This document shows, in pieces, positions 1 to 15,000 of a DNA stretch of 64,000 bases. Origin of the DNA: Eledone cirrhosa (lineage: Eukaryota). The first letter of the stretch is position 1; each line of letters starts with the position of its first letter. The DNA lies in the NCBI GenBank assembly GCA_964016885.1, contig OZ024740.1, positions 38,564,001 through 38,628,000 of the forward strand. The letters are read 5' to 3'. Both the position numbers and the translations under genes were made by a program. The notes beneath the pieces were generated by a model. The model was not told where the DNA came from, did not search any database, and saw nothing but the letters and a program-made list of their open reading frames with translations.

Positions 1-3000
1 TGTGTATGAGGTGCAGTACTGTATTGTGGTATGTGATGGTATGTGTATGAGGTGTAGTACTGTTTGGTGGTATGTGATGGTATGTGTATGGAGTATAGTA
101 CTGTATGGTGGTATGTGATGGTATGTGTATGGGGTTAAGTACTGTATGGTGGTATGTGATGGTATGTGTATGAGGTGTAGTACTGTATGGTGGTATGTGA
201 TGGTATGTGTATGGAGTATAGTACTGTATGGTGGTATGTGATGGTATGTGTATGGGGTTAAGTACTGTATGGTGGTATGTGATGGTATGTGTATGAGGTG
301 TAGTACTGTATGGTGGTATGTGATGGTATGTGTATGGAGTATAGTACTGTATGGTGGTATGTGATGGTATGTGTATGGGGTTAAGTACTGTATGGTGGTA
401 TGTGATTGTATGTGTATGAGGTGTAGTACTGTATGGTGGTATGTGATGGTATGTGTATGAGGTGTAGAACTGAATGGTGGTATGTGATGGTATGTGTATG
501 GGGTATAGTACTGTATGGTGGTATGTGATGGTATGTGTATGGGGTATAGTACTGTATGGTGGTATGTGATGGTATGTGTACGGGGTATAGTACTGTATGG
601 TGGTATGTGATGGTATGTGTACGGGGTATAGTACTGTATGGTGGTATGTGATGGTATGTGTATGGGGTATAGTACTGTATGGTGGTATGTGATGGTATGT
701 GTATGGGGTATAGTACTGTATGGTGGTATGTGATGGTATGTGTATGAGGTGTAGTACTGTATGGTGGTATGTGAAGGTATGTGTATGAGGTGTAGTACTG
801 TATGGTGGTATGTGATGGTATGTGTATGAGGTGTAGTACTGTATGGTGGTATGTGTATGGTATGTGTATGAAGTGTAGTACTGTATGATGGTATGTGTAT
901 GAGGTGTAGTACTGTATGGTGGTATGTCATGGTATGTGTACGGGGTATAGTACTGTATGGTGGAATGCGATGGTACGTGTATGAGTTGTAGTACTGTATG
1001 GTGGTATGTGATGGTATGTGTATGGGGTGTAGTACTGTATGGTGGTATGTGATGGTATGTGTATGGGGTATAGTACTGTATGGTGGTATGTGATGGTATG
1101 TGTATGGGGTATAGTACTGTATGGTGGTATGTGATGGTATGTGTATGAGGTGTAGTACTGTATGGTGGTATGTGATGGTATGTGTATGGGGTATAGTACT
1201 GTATGGTGGTATGTGATGGTATGTGTATGGGGTATACTACTGTATGGTGGTATGTGATGGTATGTGTATGGGGTATTGTACTGTATGGTGGTTTTCAATG
1301 GTATGTGTATGAGGTGTAGTACTGTATGGTGGTATGTGATGGTATGTGTTTGGGGTATAGTACTGTATGGTGGTATGTGATGGTATGTGTATGAGGTGTA
1401 GTACTGTTTGGTGGTATGTGATGGTATGTGTATGGGGTATAGTACTGTATGGTGGTATGTGATGGTATGTGTATAAGGTGTAGTACTGTATGGTGGTATG
1501 TGATGGTATGTGTATGGGGTATAGTACTGTATGGTGGTATGTGATGTTATGTGTATGGGGTATAGTACTGTATGGTGGTATGTGATGGTACGTGTATGGG
1601 GTATAGTACTGTATGGTGGTATGTGATGGTATGCGTATGAGGTGTAGTACTGTATGGTGGTATGTGATGGTATGTGTATGGGGTATAATACTGTATGGTG
1701 GTATGTGATGGTATGTGTATGGGGTATAGTACTGTATGGTGGCATGTGTATGGGGTATAGTACTGTATGGTGGTATGTGTATGGGGTTTAGTACTGTATG
1801 GTGGTATGCGATGGTACGTGTATGGGGTATGGTGGTATGTGATGGTATGTGTATGAGGTGTAGTACTGTATGGTGGTATGTGATGGTATGTGTATGAGGT
1901 GTAGTACTGTATGGTGGTATGTGAAGGTATGTATATGAGGTATAGTACTGTATGTTGGTATGTGATGGTATGTGTATGAGGTGTAGTACTGTATGGTGGT
2001 ATGTGATGGTATGTGTATGGGGTATAGTACTGTATGGTGGTATGTGATGGTATGTGTATGGGGTATAGTACTGTATGGTGGTATGTGATGGTATGTGTAT
2101 GAGGTGTAGTACTGTATGGTGGTATGTGATGGTATGTGTATGGGGTATAGTACTGTATGGTGGTATGTGATGGTATGTGTATGGGGTATAGTATTGTATG
2201 GTGGTATGTGATGGTATTTTTATGAGGTGTAGTACTGTATGGTGGTATGTGATGGTATGTGTATGAGGTGTAGTACTGTATGGTGGTATGTGAAGGTATG
2301 TATATGAGGTATAGTACTGTATGTTGGTATGTGATGGTATGTGTATGAGGTGTAGTACTGTATGGTGGTATGTGATGGTATGTGTATGGGGTATAGTACT
2401 GTATGGTGGTATGTGATGGTATGCGTATGGGGTATAGTACTGTATGGTGGTATGTGATGGTGTGAGTATGGGGTATAGTACTGTATGGTGGTATGTGATG
2501 GTATGTGTATGAGGTGTAGTACTGTATGGTGGTATGTGATGGTATGTGTATGGGGTGTAATACTGTATGGTGGTATGTGATGGTATGTGTATGGGGTGTA
2601 ATACTGTATGGTGGTATGTGATGGTATGTGTATGGGGTATAGTACTGTATGGTGGTATGTGATTGTATGTGTATGAGGTATAGTACTGTATGGTGGTATG
2701 TGATGGTATGTGTATGGGGTATAGTACTGTACGGTGGTATGTGATGGTATGTGTATGGGGTATAGTACTGTACGGTGGTATGTGATGGTATGTGTATGGG
2801 GTATAGTACTGTATGGTGGTATGTGATGGTATTGTATGGGGTATAGTACTGTATGGTGGTATGTGATGGTATGTGTATGAGGTGTAGAACTGTATGGTGG
2901 TATGTGATGGTATGTGTATGGGGTATAGTACTCTATGGTGGTATGTGATGGTATGTGTATGGGGTATAGTACTGTATGGTGGTATGTGTGGGTATGTGTG

Positions 3001-6000
3001 GGTATGTGTATGGGGTATAGTACTGTATGGTGGTATGTGATGGTATGTGTATGGGGTATACTACTGTATGGTGGTATGTGATGGTATGTGTATGGGGTAT
3101 AGTACTGTATGGTGGTATGTGATGGTGTGAGTATGGGGTATAGTACTGTATGGTGGTATGTGAAGGTATGTGTATGAGGTGTATTACTGTATGGTTGTAT
3201 GTGATGGTATGTGTATGGGGTATAGTACTGTATGGTGGTATGTGATGGTATGTGTATGAGGTGTAGTACTGTATGGTTGTATGTGATGGTATGTGTATGG
3301 GGTATAGTACTGTATGGTGGTATGTGATGGTATGTGTATGAGGTGTAGTACTGTATGGTGGTATGTGATGGTATGAGTATGGGGTATATTACTGTATGGT
3401 GGTATGTGATGGTATGTGTATGAGGTGTAGTACTGTATGGTGGTATGTGATGGTATGTGTATGAGGTGTAGTACTGTATGGTGGTATGTGATGGTATGTG
3501 TATGGGGTATAGTACTGTATGGTGGTATGTGATGGTATGTGTATGGGGTATACTACTGTATGGTGGTATGTGATGGTATGTGTATGGGGTATAGTACTGT
3601 ATGGTGGTATGTGATGGTGTGAGTATGGGGTATAGTACTGTATGGTGGTATGTGAAGGTATGTGTATGAGGTGTAGTACTGTATGGTTGTATGTGATGGT
3701 ATGTGTATGGGGTATAGTACTGTATGGTGGTATGTGATGGTATGTGTATGAGGTGTAGTACTGTATGGTTGTATGTGATGGTATGTGTATGGGGTATAGT
3801 ACTGTATGGTGGTATGTGATGGTATGTGTATGAGGTGTAGTACTGTATGGTGGTATGTGATGGTATGTGTATGGGGTATAGTACGGTATGGTGGTATGTG
3901 ATGGTATGTGTATGGGGTTTAGTACTGTATGGTGGTATGTGATGGGATGTATATGAGGTGTAGTACTGTATGGTGGTATGTGATGGTATGTGTATGAGGT
4001 GTAGAACTGTATGGTGGTATGTGATGGTATGTGTATGGGGTATAGTACTGTATGGTGGTATGTGATGGTATGTGTATGGGGTATAGTACTGTATGGTGGT
4101 ATGTGATGGTATGTGTATGGGGTATAGTACTGTATGGTGGTATGTGATGGTATGTGTATGGGGTTTAGTACTGTATGGTGGTATGTGATGGGATGTATAT
4201 GAGGTGTAGTACTGTATGGTGGTATGTGATGGTATGTGTATGAGGTGTAGAACTGTATGGTGGTATGTGATGGTATGTGTATGGGGTATAGTACTGTATG
4301 GTGGTATGTGATGGTATGTGTATGGGGTATAGTACTGTATGGTGGTATGTGATGGTATGTGTATGGGGTATAGTACTGTATGGTGGTATGTGATGGTATG
4401 TGTATGGGGTTTAGTACTGTATGGTGGTATGTGATGGGATGTATATGAGGTGTAGTACTGTATGGTGGTATGTGATGGTATGTGTATGAGGTGTAGAACT
4501 GTATGGTGGTATGTGATGGTATGTGTATGGGGTATAGTACTGTATGGTGGTATGTGATGGTATGTGTATGGGGTATAGTACTGTATGGTGGTATGTGATG
4601 GTATGTGTATGGGGTATAGTACTGTATGGTGGTATGTGATGGTATGTGTATCGGGTATAGTACTGTATGGTGGTATGTGATGGTATGTGTATGGGGTATA
4701 GTACTGTATGGTGGTATGTGATGGTATGTGTATCGGGTATAGTACTGTATGGTGGTATGTGATGGTATGTGTATGGGGTATAGTACTGTATGGTGGTATG
4801 TGATGGTATGTGTATGGGGTATAGTACTGTATGGTGGTATGTGATGGTATGTGTATGAGGTGTAGTACTGTATGGTGGTATGTGAAGGTATGTGTATGAG
4901 GTGTAGTACTGTATGGTGGTATGTGATGGTATGTGTATGAGGTGTAGTACTGTATGGTGGTATGTGTATGGTATGTGTATGAGGTGTAGTACTGTATGAT
5001 GGTATGTGATGGTATGTGTATGAGGTGTAGTACTGTATGGTGGTATGTGATGGTATGTGTATGGGGTATAGTACTGTATGGTGGTATGTGATGGTATGTG
5101 TATGGGGTATAGTACTGTATGGTGGTATGTGATGGTATGTGTATGAGGTGTAGTACTGTATGGTGGTATGTGATGGTATGTGTATGAGGTGTAGTACTGT
5201 ATGGTGGTATGTGATGGTATGTGTATGGGGTATAGTACTGTATGGTGGTATGTGATGGTATTTGTATGAGGTGTAGTACTGTATGGTGGTATGTGATGGT
5301 ATGTGTATGGGGTATAGTACTGTATGGTGGTATGTGATGGTATTTGTATGGGGTATAGTACTGTATGGTGGTATGTGATGGTATCTGTATGGGGTATAGT
5401 ACTGTATGGTGGTATGTGATGGTATGTGTATGGGGTATAGTACTGTATGGCGGTATGTGTATGAGGTGTAGTACTGTATGATGGTATGTGATGGTATGTG
5501 CATGAGGTGTAGTACTGTATGGTGGTATATGATGGTACGTGTATGAGGTGTAGTACTGTATGGTGGTATGTGATGGTATGTGTATGGGGTATAGTACTGT
5601 ATGGTGGTATGTGATGGTATGTGTATGGGGTGTAGTACTGTATGGTGGTATTTGATGGTATGTGTATGGGGTATAGTACTGTATGGTGGTATGTAATGGT
5701 ATGTGTATGGGGTATAGTACTGTATGGTGGTATGCGATGGTACGTGTATGAGGTGTAGTACTGTATGGTGGTATGTGATGGTATGTGTATGGGGTATAGT
5801 ACTGTATGGTGGTATGCAATGGTATGTGTATGAGGTGTAGTACTGTTTGGTGGTATGTGATGGTATGTGTATGGGGTATAGTACTGTATGGTGGTATGTG
5901 ATGGTACATGTATGGGGTATAGTACTGTATGGTGGTATGTGATGGTATGTGTATGAGTTGTAGTACTGTATGGTGGTATGTGATGGTATGTGTATGGGGT

Positions 6001-9000
6001 ATAGTACTGTATGGTGGTATGTGATGGTATGTGTATGGGGTATAGTACTGTATGGTGGTATGTGTATGAGGTGTAATACTGTATGGTGGTATGTGATGGT
6101 ATGTGTATGAGGTGTAGTACTGTATGGTGGTATGTGATGGTATGTGTATGAGGTGTAGTACTGTATGGTGGCATGTGATGGTATGTGTATGGGGTATAGT
6201 ACTGTATGGATGTATGTGATGGTTGTGTATGGGGTATACTACTGTATGGTGGTATGTGATGGTATGTGTATGGGGTATGGTACTGTACGGTGGTATGTGA
6301 TGGTATGTGTATGGGGTATAGTACTGTATGGTGGTATGTGATGGTATGTGTATGAGGTGTAGTACTGTATGGTGGTATGTGATGGTATGTGTATGGGGTA
6401 TAGTACTGTATGGTGGTATGTGATGGTATGTGTATGGGGTATAGTACTGTATGGTGGTATGTGTGGGTATTTGTATGGGGTATAGTACTGTACGGTGGTA
6501 TGTGATGGTATGTGTATGGGGTATAGTACTGTATGGTGGTATGTGATGGTATGTGTATGAGGTGTAGTACTGTATGGTGGTATGTGATGGTATGTGTATG
6601 GGGTATAGTACTGTATGGTGGTATGTGATGGTATGTGTATGAGGTATAGTACTGTATGGTGGTATGTGTGGGTATGTGTATGGGGTATAGTACTGTACGG
6701 TGGTATGTGATGGTATGTGTATGGGGTATAGTAATGTATGGTGGTATGTGATGTTATGTGTATGAGGTGTAGTACTGTATGGTGGTATGTGATGGTATGT
6801 GTATGAGGTGTAGTACTGTATGGTGGTATGTGATGGTATGTGTATGGGGTATAGTACTGTATGGTGGTATGTGATGGTATGTGTATGGGGTATAGTACTG
6901 TATGGTGGTATGTGTGGGTATGTGTATGGGGTATAGTACTGTACGGTGGTATGTGATGGTATGTGTATGGGGTATAGTACTGTATGGTGGTATGTGATGG
7001 TATGTGTATGGGGTATAGTACTGTATGGTGGTATGTGTGGGTATGTGTATGGGGTATAGTACTGTATGGTGGTATGTGATGGTATGTGTATGGGGTATAC
7101 TACTGTATGGTGGTATGTGATGGTATGTGTATGGGGTATAGTACTGTATGGTGGTATGTGATGGTGTGAGTATGGGGTATAGTACTGTATGGTGGTATGT
7201 GATGGTATGTGTATGGGGGTGCAGTACTGTATGGTTGTATGTGATGGTATGTGTGTGGGGTATAGTACTGTATGGTGGTATGTGATGGTATGTGTATGAG
7301 GTGTAGTACTGTATGGTTGTATGTGATGGTATGTGTATGGGGTATAGTACTGTATGGTGGTATGTGATGGTATGTGTATGAGGTGCAGTACTGTATTGTG
7401 GTATGTGATGGTATGTGTATGAGGTGTAGTACTGTATGGTGGTATGTGATGGTATGTGTATGGGGTATAGTACTGTATGGTGGTATGTGATGGTATGTGT
7501 ATGGGGTTAAGTACTGTATGGTGGTATGTGATTGTATGTGTATGAGGTGTAGTACTGTATGGTGGTATGTGATGGTATGTGTATGAGGTATAGTACTGTA
7601 TGGTGGTATGTGATGGTATGTGTATGGGGTATAGTACTGTATGGTGGTATGTGATGGTATGTGTACGGGGTATAGTACTGTATGGTGGTATGTGATGGTA
7701 TGTGTACGGGGTATAGTACTGTATGGTGGTATGTGATGGTATGTGTATGGGGTATAGTACTGTATGGTGGTATGTGATGGTATGTGTATGGGGTATAGTA
7801 CTGTATGGTGGTATGTGATGGTATGTGTATGAGGTGTAGTACTGTATGGTGGTATGTGAAGGTATGTGTATGAGGTGTAGTACTGTATGGTGGTATGTGA
7901 TGGTATGTGTATGGGGTATAGTACTGTATGGTGGTATGTGATGGTATGTGTATGAGGTGTAGTACTGTATGGTGGTATGTCATGGTATGTGTATGGGGTA
8001 TAGTACTGTATGGTGGAATGCGATGGTACGTGTATGAGTTGTAGTACTGTATGGTGGTATGTGAAGGTATGTGTATGGGCTGTAGTACTGTATGGTGGTA
8101 TGTGATGGTATGTGTATGGGGTATAGTACTGTATGGTGGTATGTGATAGTATGTGTATGGGGTATAGTACTGTATGGTGGTATGTGATGGTATGTGTATG
8201 GGGTATAGTACTGTATGGTGGTATGTGATGGTATGTGTATGGGGTATAGTACTGTATGGTGGTATGTGATGGTATGTGTATGGGGTATAGTACTGTATGG
8301 TGGTATGTGATGGTATGTGTATGAGGTGTAGTACTGTATGGTGGTATGTGATGGTATGTGTATGGGGTATAGTACTGTATGGTGGTATGTGATGGTATGT
8401 GTATGGGGTATAGTACTGTATGGTGGTATGAGATAGTATGTGTATGGGGTATAGTACTGTATGGTGGTATGTGATGGTATGTGTATGGGGTATAGTACTG
8501 TATGGTGGTATGTGATGGTATGTGTATGAGGTGTAGTACTGTATGGTGGTATGTGATGGTATGTGTATGGGGTATATTACTGTATGGTGGTATGTGATGG
8601 TATGTGTATGGGGTATAGTACTGTATGGTGGTATGTGATGGTATGTGTATGAGGTGTAGTACTGTATGGTGGTATGTGATGGTATGTGTATGGGGTATAG
8701 TACTGTATGGTGGTATGTGATGGTATGTGTATGGGGTATAGTACTGTATGGTGGTATGAGATAGTATGTGTATGGGGTATAGTACTGTATGGTGGTATGT
8801 GATGGTATGTGTATGGGGTATAGTACTGTATGGTGGTATGTGATGGTATTTTTATGAGGTGTAGTACTGTATGGTGGTATGTGATGGTATGTGTATGAGG
8901 TGTAGTACTGTATGGTGGTATGTGAAGGTATGTATATGAGGTATAGTACTGTATGTTGGTATGTGATGGTATGTGTATGAGGTGTAGTACTGTATGGTGG

Positions 9001-12000
9001 TATGTGATGGTATGTGTATGGGGTATAGTACTGTATGGTGGTATGTGATGGTATGTGTATGGGGTATAGTACTGTATGGTGGTATGTGATGGTGTGAGTA
9101 TGGGGTATAGTACTGTATGGTGGTATGTGATGGTATGTGTATGAGGTGTAGTACTGTATGGTGGTATGTGATGGTATGTGTATGGGGTGTAATACTGTAT
9201 GGTGGTATGTGATGGTATGTGTATGGGGTGTAATACTGTATGGTGGTATGTGATGGTATGTGTATGGGGTATAGTACTGTATGGTGGTATGTGATTGTAT
9301 GTGTATGAGGTATAGTACTGTATGGTGGTATGTGATGGTATGTGTATGGGGTATAGTACTGTACGGTGGTATGTGATGGTATGTGTATGGGGTATAGTAC
9401 TGTACGGTGGTATGTGATGGTATGTGTATGGGGTATAGTACTGTATGGTGGTATGTGATGGTATTGTATGGGGTATAGTACTGTATGGTGGTATGTGATG
9501 GTATGTGTATGAGGTGTAGAACTGTATGGTGGTATGTGATGGTATGTGTATGGGGTATAGTACTCTATGGTGGTATGTGATGGTATGTGTATGGGGTATA
9601 GTACTGTATGGTGGTATGTGTGGGTATGTGTGGGTATGTGTATGGGGTATAGTACTGTATGGTGGTATGTGATGGTATGTGTATGGGGTATACTACTGTA
9701 TGGTGGTATGTGATGGTATGTGTATGGGGTATAGTACTGTATGGTGGTATGTGATGGTGTGAGTATGGGGTATAGTACTGTATGGTGGTATGTGAAGGTA
9801 TGTGTATGAGGTGTATTACTGTATGGTTGTATGTGATGGTATGTGTATGGGGTATAGTACTGTATGGTGGTATGTGATGGTATGTGTATGAGGTGTAGTA
9901 CTGTATGGTTGTATGTGATGGTATGTGTATGGGGTATAGTACTGTATGGTGGTATGTGATGGTATGTGTATGAGGTGTAGTACTGTATGGTGGTATGTGA
10001 TGGTATGAGTATGGGGTATATTACTGTATGGTGGTATGTGATGGTATGTGTATGAGGTGTAGTACTGTATGGTGGTATGTGATGGTATGTGTATGAGGTG
10101 TAGTACTGTATGGTGGTATGTGATGGTATGTGTATGGGGTATAGTACTGTATGGTGGTATGTGATGGTATGTGTATGGGGTATACTACTGTATGGTGGTA
10201 TGTGATGGTATGTGTATGGGGTATAGTACTGTATGGTGGTATGTGATGGTGTGAGTATGGGGTATAGTACTGTATGGTGGTATGTGAAGGTATGTGTATG
10301 AGGTGTAGTACTGTATGGTTGTATGTGATGGTATGTGTATGGGGTATAGTACTGTATGGTGGTATGTGATGGTATGTGTATGAGGTGTAGTACTGTATGG
10401 TGGTATGTGATGGTATGTGTATGAGGTGTAGTACTGTATGGTGGTATGTGATGGTATGTGTATGGGGTATAGTACTGTATGGTGGTATGTGATGGTATGT
10501 GTATGGGGTATACTACTGTATGGTGGTATGTGATGGTATGTGTATGGGGTATAGTACTGTATGGTGGTATGTGATGGTGTGAGTATGGGGTATAGTACTG
10601 TATGGTGGTATGTGATGGTATGTGTATGAGGTGTAGTACTGTATGGTGGTATGTGATGGTATGTGTATGGGGTATAGTACTGTATGGTGGTATGTGATGG
10701 TATGTGTATGGGGTATAGTACTGTATGGTGGTATGTGATGGTATGTGTATGGGGTATAGTACTGTATGGTGGTATGTGATGGTATGTGTATGGGGTATAG
10801 TACTGTATGGTGGTATGTGATGGTATGTGTATGGGGTTTAGTACTGTATGGTGGTATGTGATGGGATGTATATGAGGTGTAGTACTGTATGGTGGTATGT
10901 GATGGTATGTGTATGAGGTGTAGAACTGTATGGTGGTATGTGATGGTATGTGTATGGGGTATAGTACTGTATGGTGGTATGTGATGGTATGTGTATGGGG
11001 TATAGTACTGTATGGTGGTATGTGATGGTATGTGTATGGGGTATAGTACTGTATGGTGGTATGTGATGGTATGTGTATGGGGTTTAGTACTGTATGGTGG
11101 TATGTGATGGGATGTATATGAGGTGTAGTACTGTATGGTGGTATGTGATGGTATGTGTATGAGGTGTAGAACTGTATGGTGGTATGTGATGGTATGTGTA
11201 TGGGGTATAGTACTGTATGGTGGTATGTGATGGTATGTGTATGGGGTATAGTACTGTATGGTGGTATGTGATGGTATGTGTATGGGGTATAGTACTGTAT
11301 GGTGGTATGTGATGGTATGTGTATCGGGTATAGTACTGTATGGTGGTATGTGATGGTATGTGTATGGGGTATAGTACTGTATGGTGGTATGTGATGGTAT
11401 GTGTATCGGGTATAGTACTGTATGGTGGTATGTGATGGTATGTGTATGGGGTATAGTACTGTATGGTGGTATGTGATGGTATGTGTATGGGGTATAGTAC
11501 TGTATGGTGGTATGTGATGGTATGTGTATGAGGTGTAGTACTGTATGGTGGTATGTGAAGGTATGTGTATGAGGTGTAGTACTGTATGGTGGTATGTGAT
11601 GGTATGTGTATGAGGTGTAGTACTGTATGGTGGTATGTGTATGGTATGTGTATGAGGTGTAGTACTGTATGATGGTATGTGATGGTATGTGTATGAGGTG
11701 TAGTACTGTATGGTGGTATGTGATGGTATGTGTATGGGGTATAGTACTGTATGGTGGTATGTGATGGTATGTGTATGGGGTATAGTACTGTATGGTGGTA
11801 TGTGATGGTATGTGTATGAGGTGTAGTACTGTATGGTGGTATGTGATGGTATGTGTATGAGGTGTAGTACTGTATGGTGGTATGTGATGGTATGTGTATG
11901 GGGTATAGTACTGTATGGTGGTATGTGATGGTATTTGTATGAGGTGTAGTACTGTATGGTGGTATGTGATGGTATGTGTATGGGGTATAGTACTGTATGG

Positions 12001-15000
12001 TGGTATGTGATGGTATTTGTATGGGGTATAGTACTGTATGGTGGTATGTGATGGTATCTGTATGGGGTATAGTACTGTATGGTGGTATGTGATGGTATGT
12101 GTATGGGGTATAGTACTGTATGGCGGTATGTGTATGAGGTGTAGTACTGTATGATGGTATGTGATGGTATGTGCATGAGGTGTAGTACTGTATGGTGGTA
12201 TATGATGGTACGTGTATGAGGTGTAGTACTGTATGGTGGTATGTGATGGTATGTGTATGGGGTATAGTACTGTATGGTGGTATGTGATGGTATGTGTATG
12301 GGGTGTAGTACTGTATGGTGGTATTTGATGGTATGTGTATGGGGTATAGTACTGTATGGTGGTATGTAATGGTATGTGTATGGGGTATAGTACTGTATGG
12401 TGGTATGCGATGGTACGTGTATGAGGTGTAGTACTGTATGGTGGTATGTGATGGTATGTGTATGGGGTATAGTACTGTATGGTGGTATGCAATGGTATGT
12501 GTATGAGGTGTAGTACTGTTTGGTGGTATGTGATGGTATGTGTATGGGGTATAGTACTGTATGGTGGTATGTGATGGTACATGTATGGGGTATAGTACTG
12601 TATGGTGGTATGTGATGGTATGTGTATGAGGTGTAGTACTGTATGGTGGTATGTGATGGTATGTGTATGGGGTATAGTACTGTATGGTGGTATGTGATGG
12701 TATGTGTATGGGGTATAGTACTGTATGGTGGTATGTGTATGAGGTGTAATACTGTATGGTGGTATGTGATGGTATGTGTATGAGGTGTAGTACTGTATGG
12801 TGGTATGTGATGGTATGTGTATGAGGTGTAGTACTGTATGGTGGCATGTGATGGTATGTGTATGGGGTATAGTATTGTATGGATGTATGTGATGGTTGTG
12901 TATGGGGTATACTACTGTATGGTGGTATGTGATGGTATGTGTATGGGGTATGGTACTGTACGGTGGTATGTGATGGTATGTGTATGGGGTATAGTACTGT
13001 ATGGTGGTATGTGATGGTATGTGTATGAGGTGTAGTACTGTATGGTGGTATGTGATGGTATGTGTATGGGGTATAGTACTGTATGGTGGTATGTGATGGT
13101 ATGTGTATGGGGTATAGTACTGTATGGTGGTATGTGTGGGTATTTGTATGGGGTATAGTACTGTACGGTGGTATGTGATGGTATGTGTATGGGGTATAGT
13201 ACTGTATGGTGGTATGTGATGGTATGTGTATGAGGTGTAGTACTGTATGGTGGTATGTGATGGTATGTGCATGGGGTATAGTACTGTATGGTGGTATGTG
13301 ATGGTATGTGTATGAGGTATAGTACTGTATGGTGGTATGTGTGGGTATGTGTATGGGGTATAGTACTGTACGGTGGTATGTGATGGTATGTGTATGGGGT
13401 ATAGTAATGTATGGTGGTATGTGATGTTATGTGTATGAGGTGTAGTACTGTATGGTGGTATGTGATGGTATGTGTATGAGGTGTAGTACTGTATGGTGGT
13501 ATGTGATGGTATGTGTATGGGGTATAGTACTGTATGGTGGTATGTGATGGTATGTGTATGGGGTATAGTACTGTATGGTGGTATGTGTGGGTATGTGTAT
13601 GGGGTATAGTACTGTACGGTGGTATGTGATGGTATGTGTATGGGGTATAGTACTGTATGGTGGTATGTGATGGTATGTGTATGGGGTATAGTACTGTATG
13701 GTGGTATGTGTGGGTATGTGTATGGGGTATAGTACTGTATGGTGGTATGTGATGGTATGTGTATGGGGTATACTACTGTATGGTGGTATGTGATGGTATG
13801 TGTATGGGGTATAGTACTGTATGGTGGTATGTGATGGTGTGAGTATGGGGTATAGTACTGTATGGTGGTATGTGATGGTATGTGTATGAGGTGCAGTACT
13901 GTATGGTTGTATGTGATGGTATGTGTGTGGGGTATAGTACTGTATGGTGGTATGTGATGGTATGTGTATGAGGTGTAGTACTGTATGGTTGTATGTGATG
14001 GTATGTGTATGGGGTATAGTACTGTATGGTGGTATGTGATGGTATGTGTATGAGGTACAGTACTGTATTGTGGTATGTGATGGTATGTGTATGAGGTGTA
14101 GTACTGTATGGTGGTATGTGATGGTATGTGTATGGGGTATAGTACTGTATGGTGGTATGTGATGGTATGTGTATGGGGTTAAGTACTGTATGGTGGTATG
14201 TGATTGTATGTGTATGAGGTGTAGTACTGTATGGTGGTATGTGATGGTATGTGTATGAGGTATAGTACTGTATGGTGGTATGTGATGGTATGTGTATGGG
14301 GTATAGTACTGTATGGTGGTATGTGATGGTATGTGTACGGGGTATAGTACTGTATGGTGGTATGTGATGGTATGTGTACGGGGTATAGTACTGTATGGTG
14401 GTATGTGATGGTATGTGTATGGGGTATAGTACTGTATGGTGGTATGTGATGGTATGTGTATGGGGTATAGTACTGTATGGTGGTATGTGATGGTATGTGT
14501 ATGAGGTGTAGTACTGTATGGTGGTATGTGAAGGTATGTGTATGAGGTGTAGTACTGTATGGTGGTATGTGATGGTATGTGTATGGGGTATAGTACTGTA
14601 TGGTGGTATGTGATGGTATGTGTATGAGGTGTAGTACTGTATGGTGGTATGTCATGGTATGTGTATGGGGTATAGTACTGTATGGTGGAATGCGATGGTA
14701 CGTGTATGAGTTGTAGTACTGTATGGTGGTATGTGAAGGTATGTGTATGGGCTGTAGTACTGTATGGTGGTATGTGATGGTATGTGTATGGGGTATAGTA
14801 CTGTATGGTGGTATGTGATAGTATGTGTATGGGGTATAGTACTGTATGGTGGTATGTGATGGTATGTGTATGGGGTATAGTACTGTATGGTGGTATGTGA
14901 TGGTATGTGTATGGGGTATAGTACTGTATGGTGGTATGTGATGGTATGTGTATGGGGTATAGTACTGTATGGTGGTATGTGATGGTATGTGTATGAGGTG

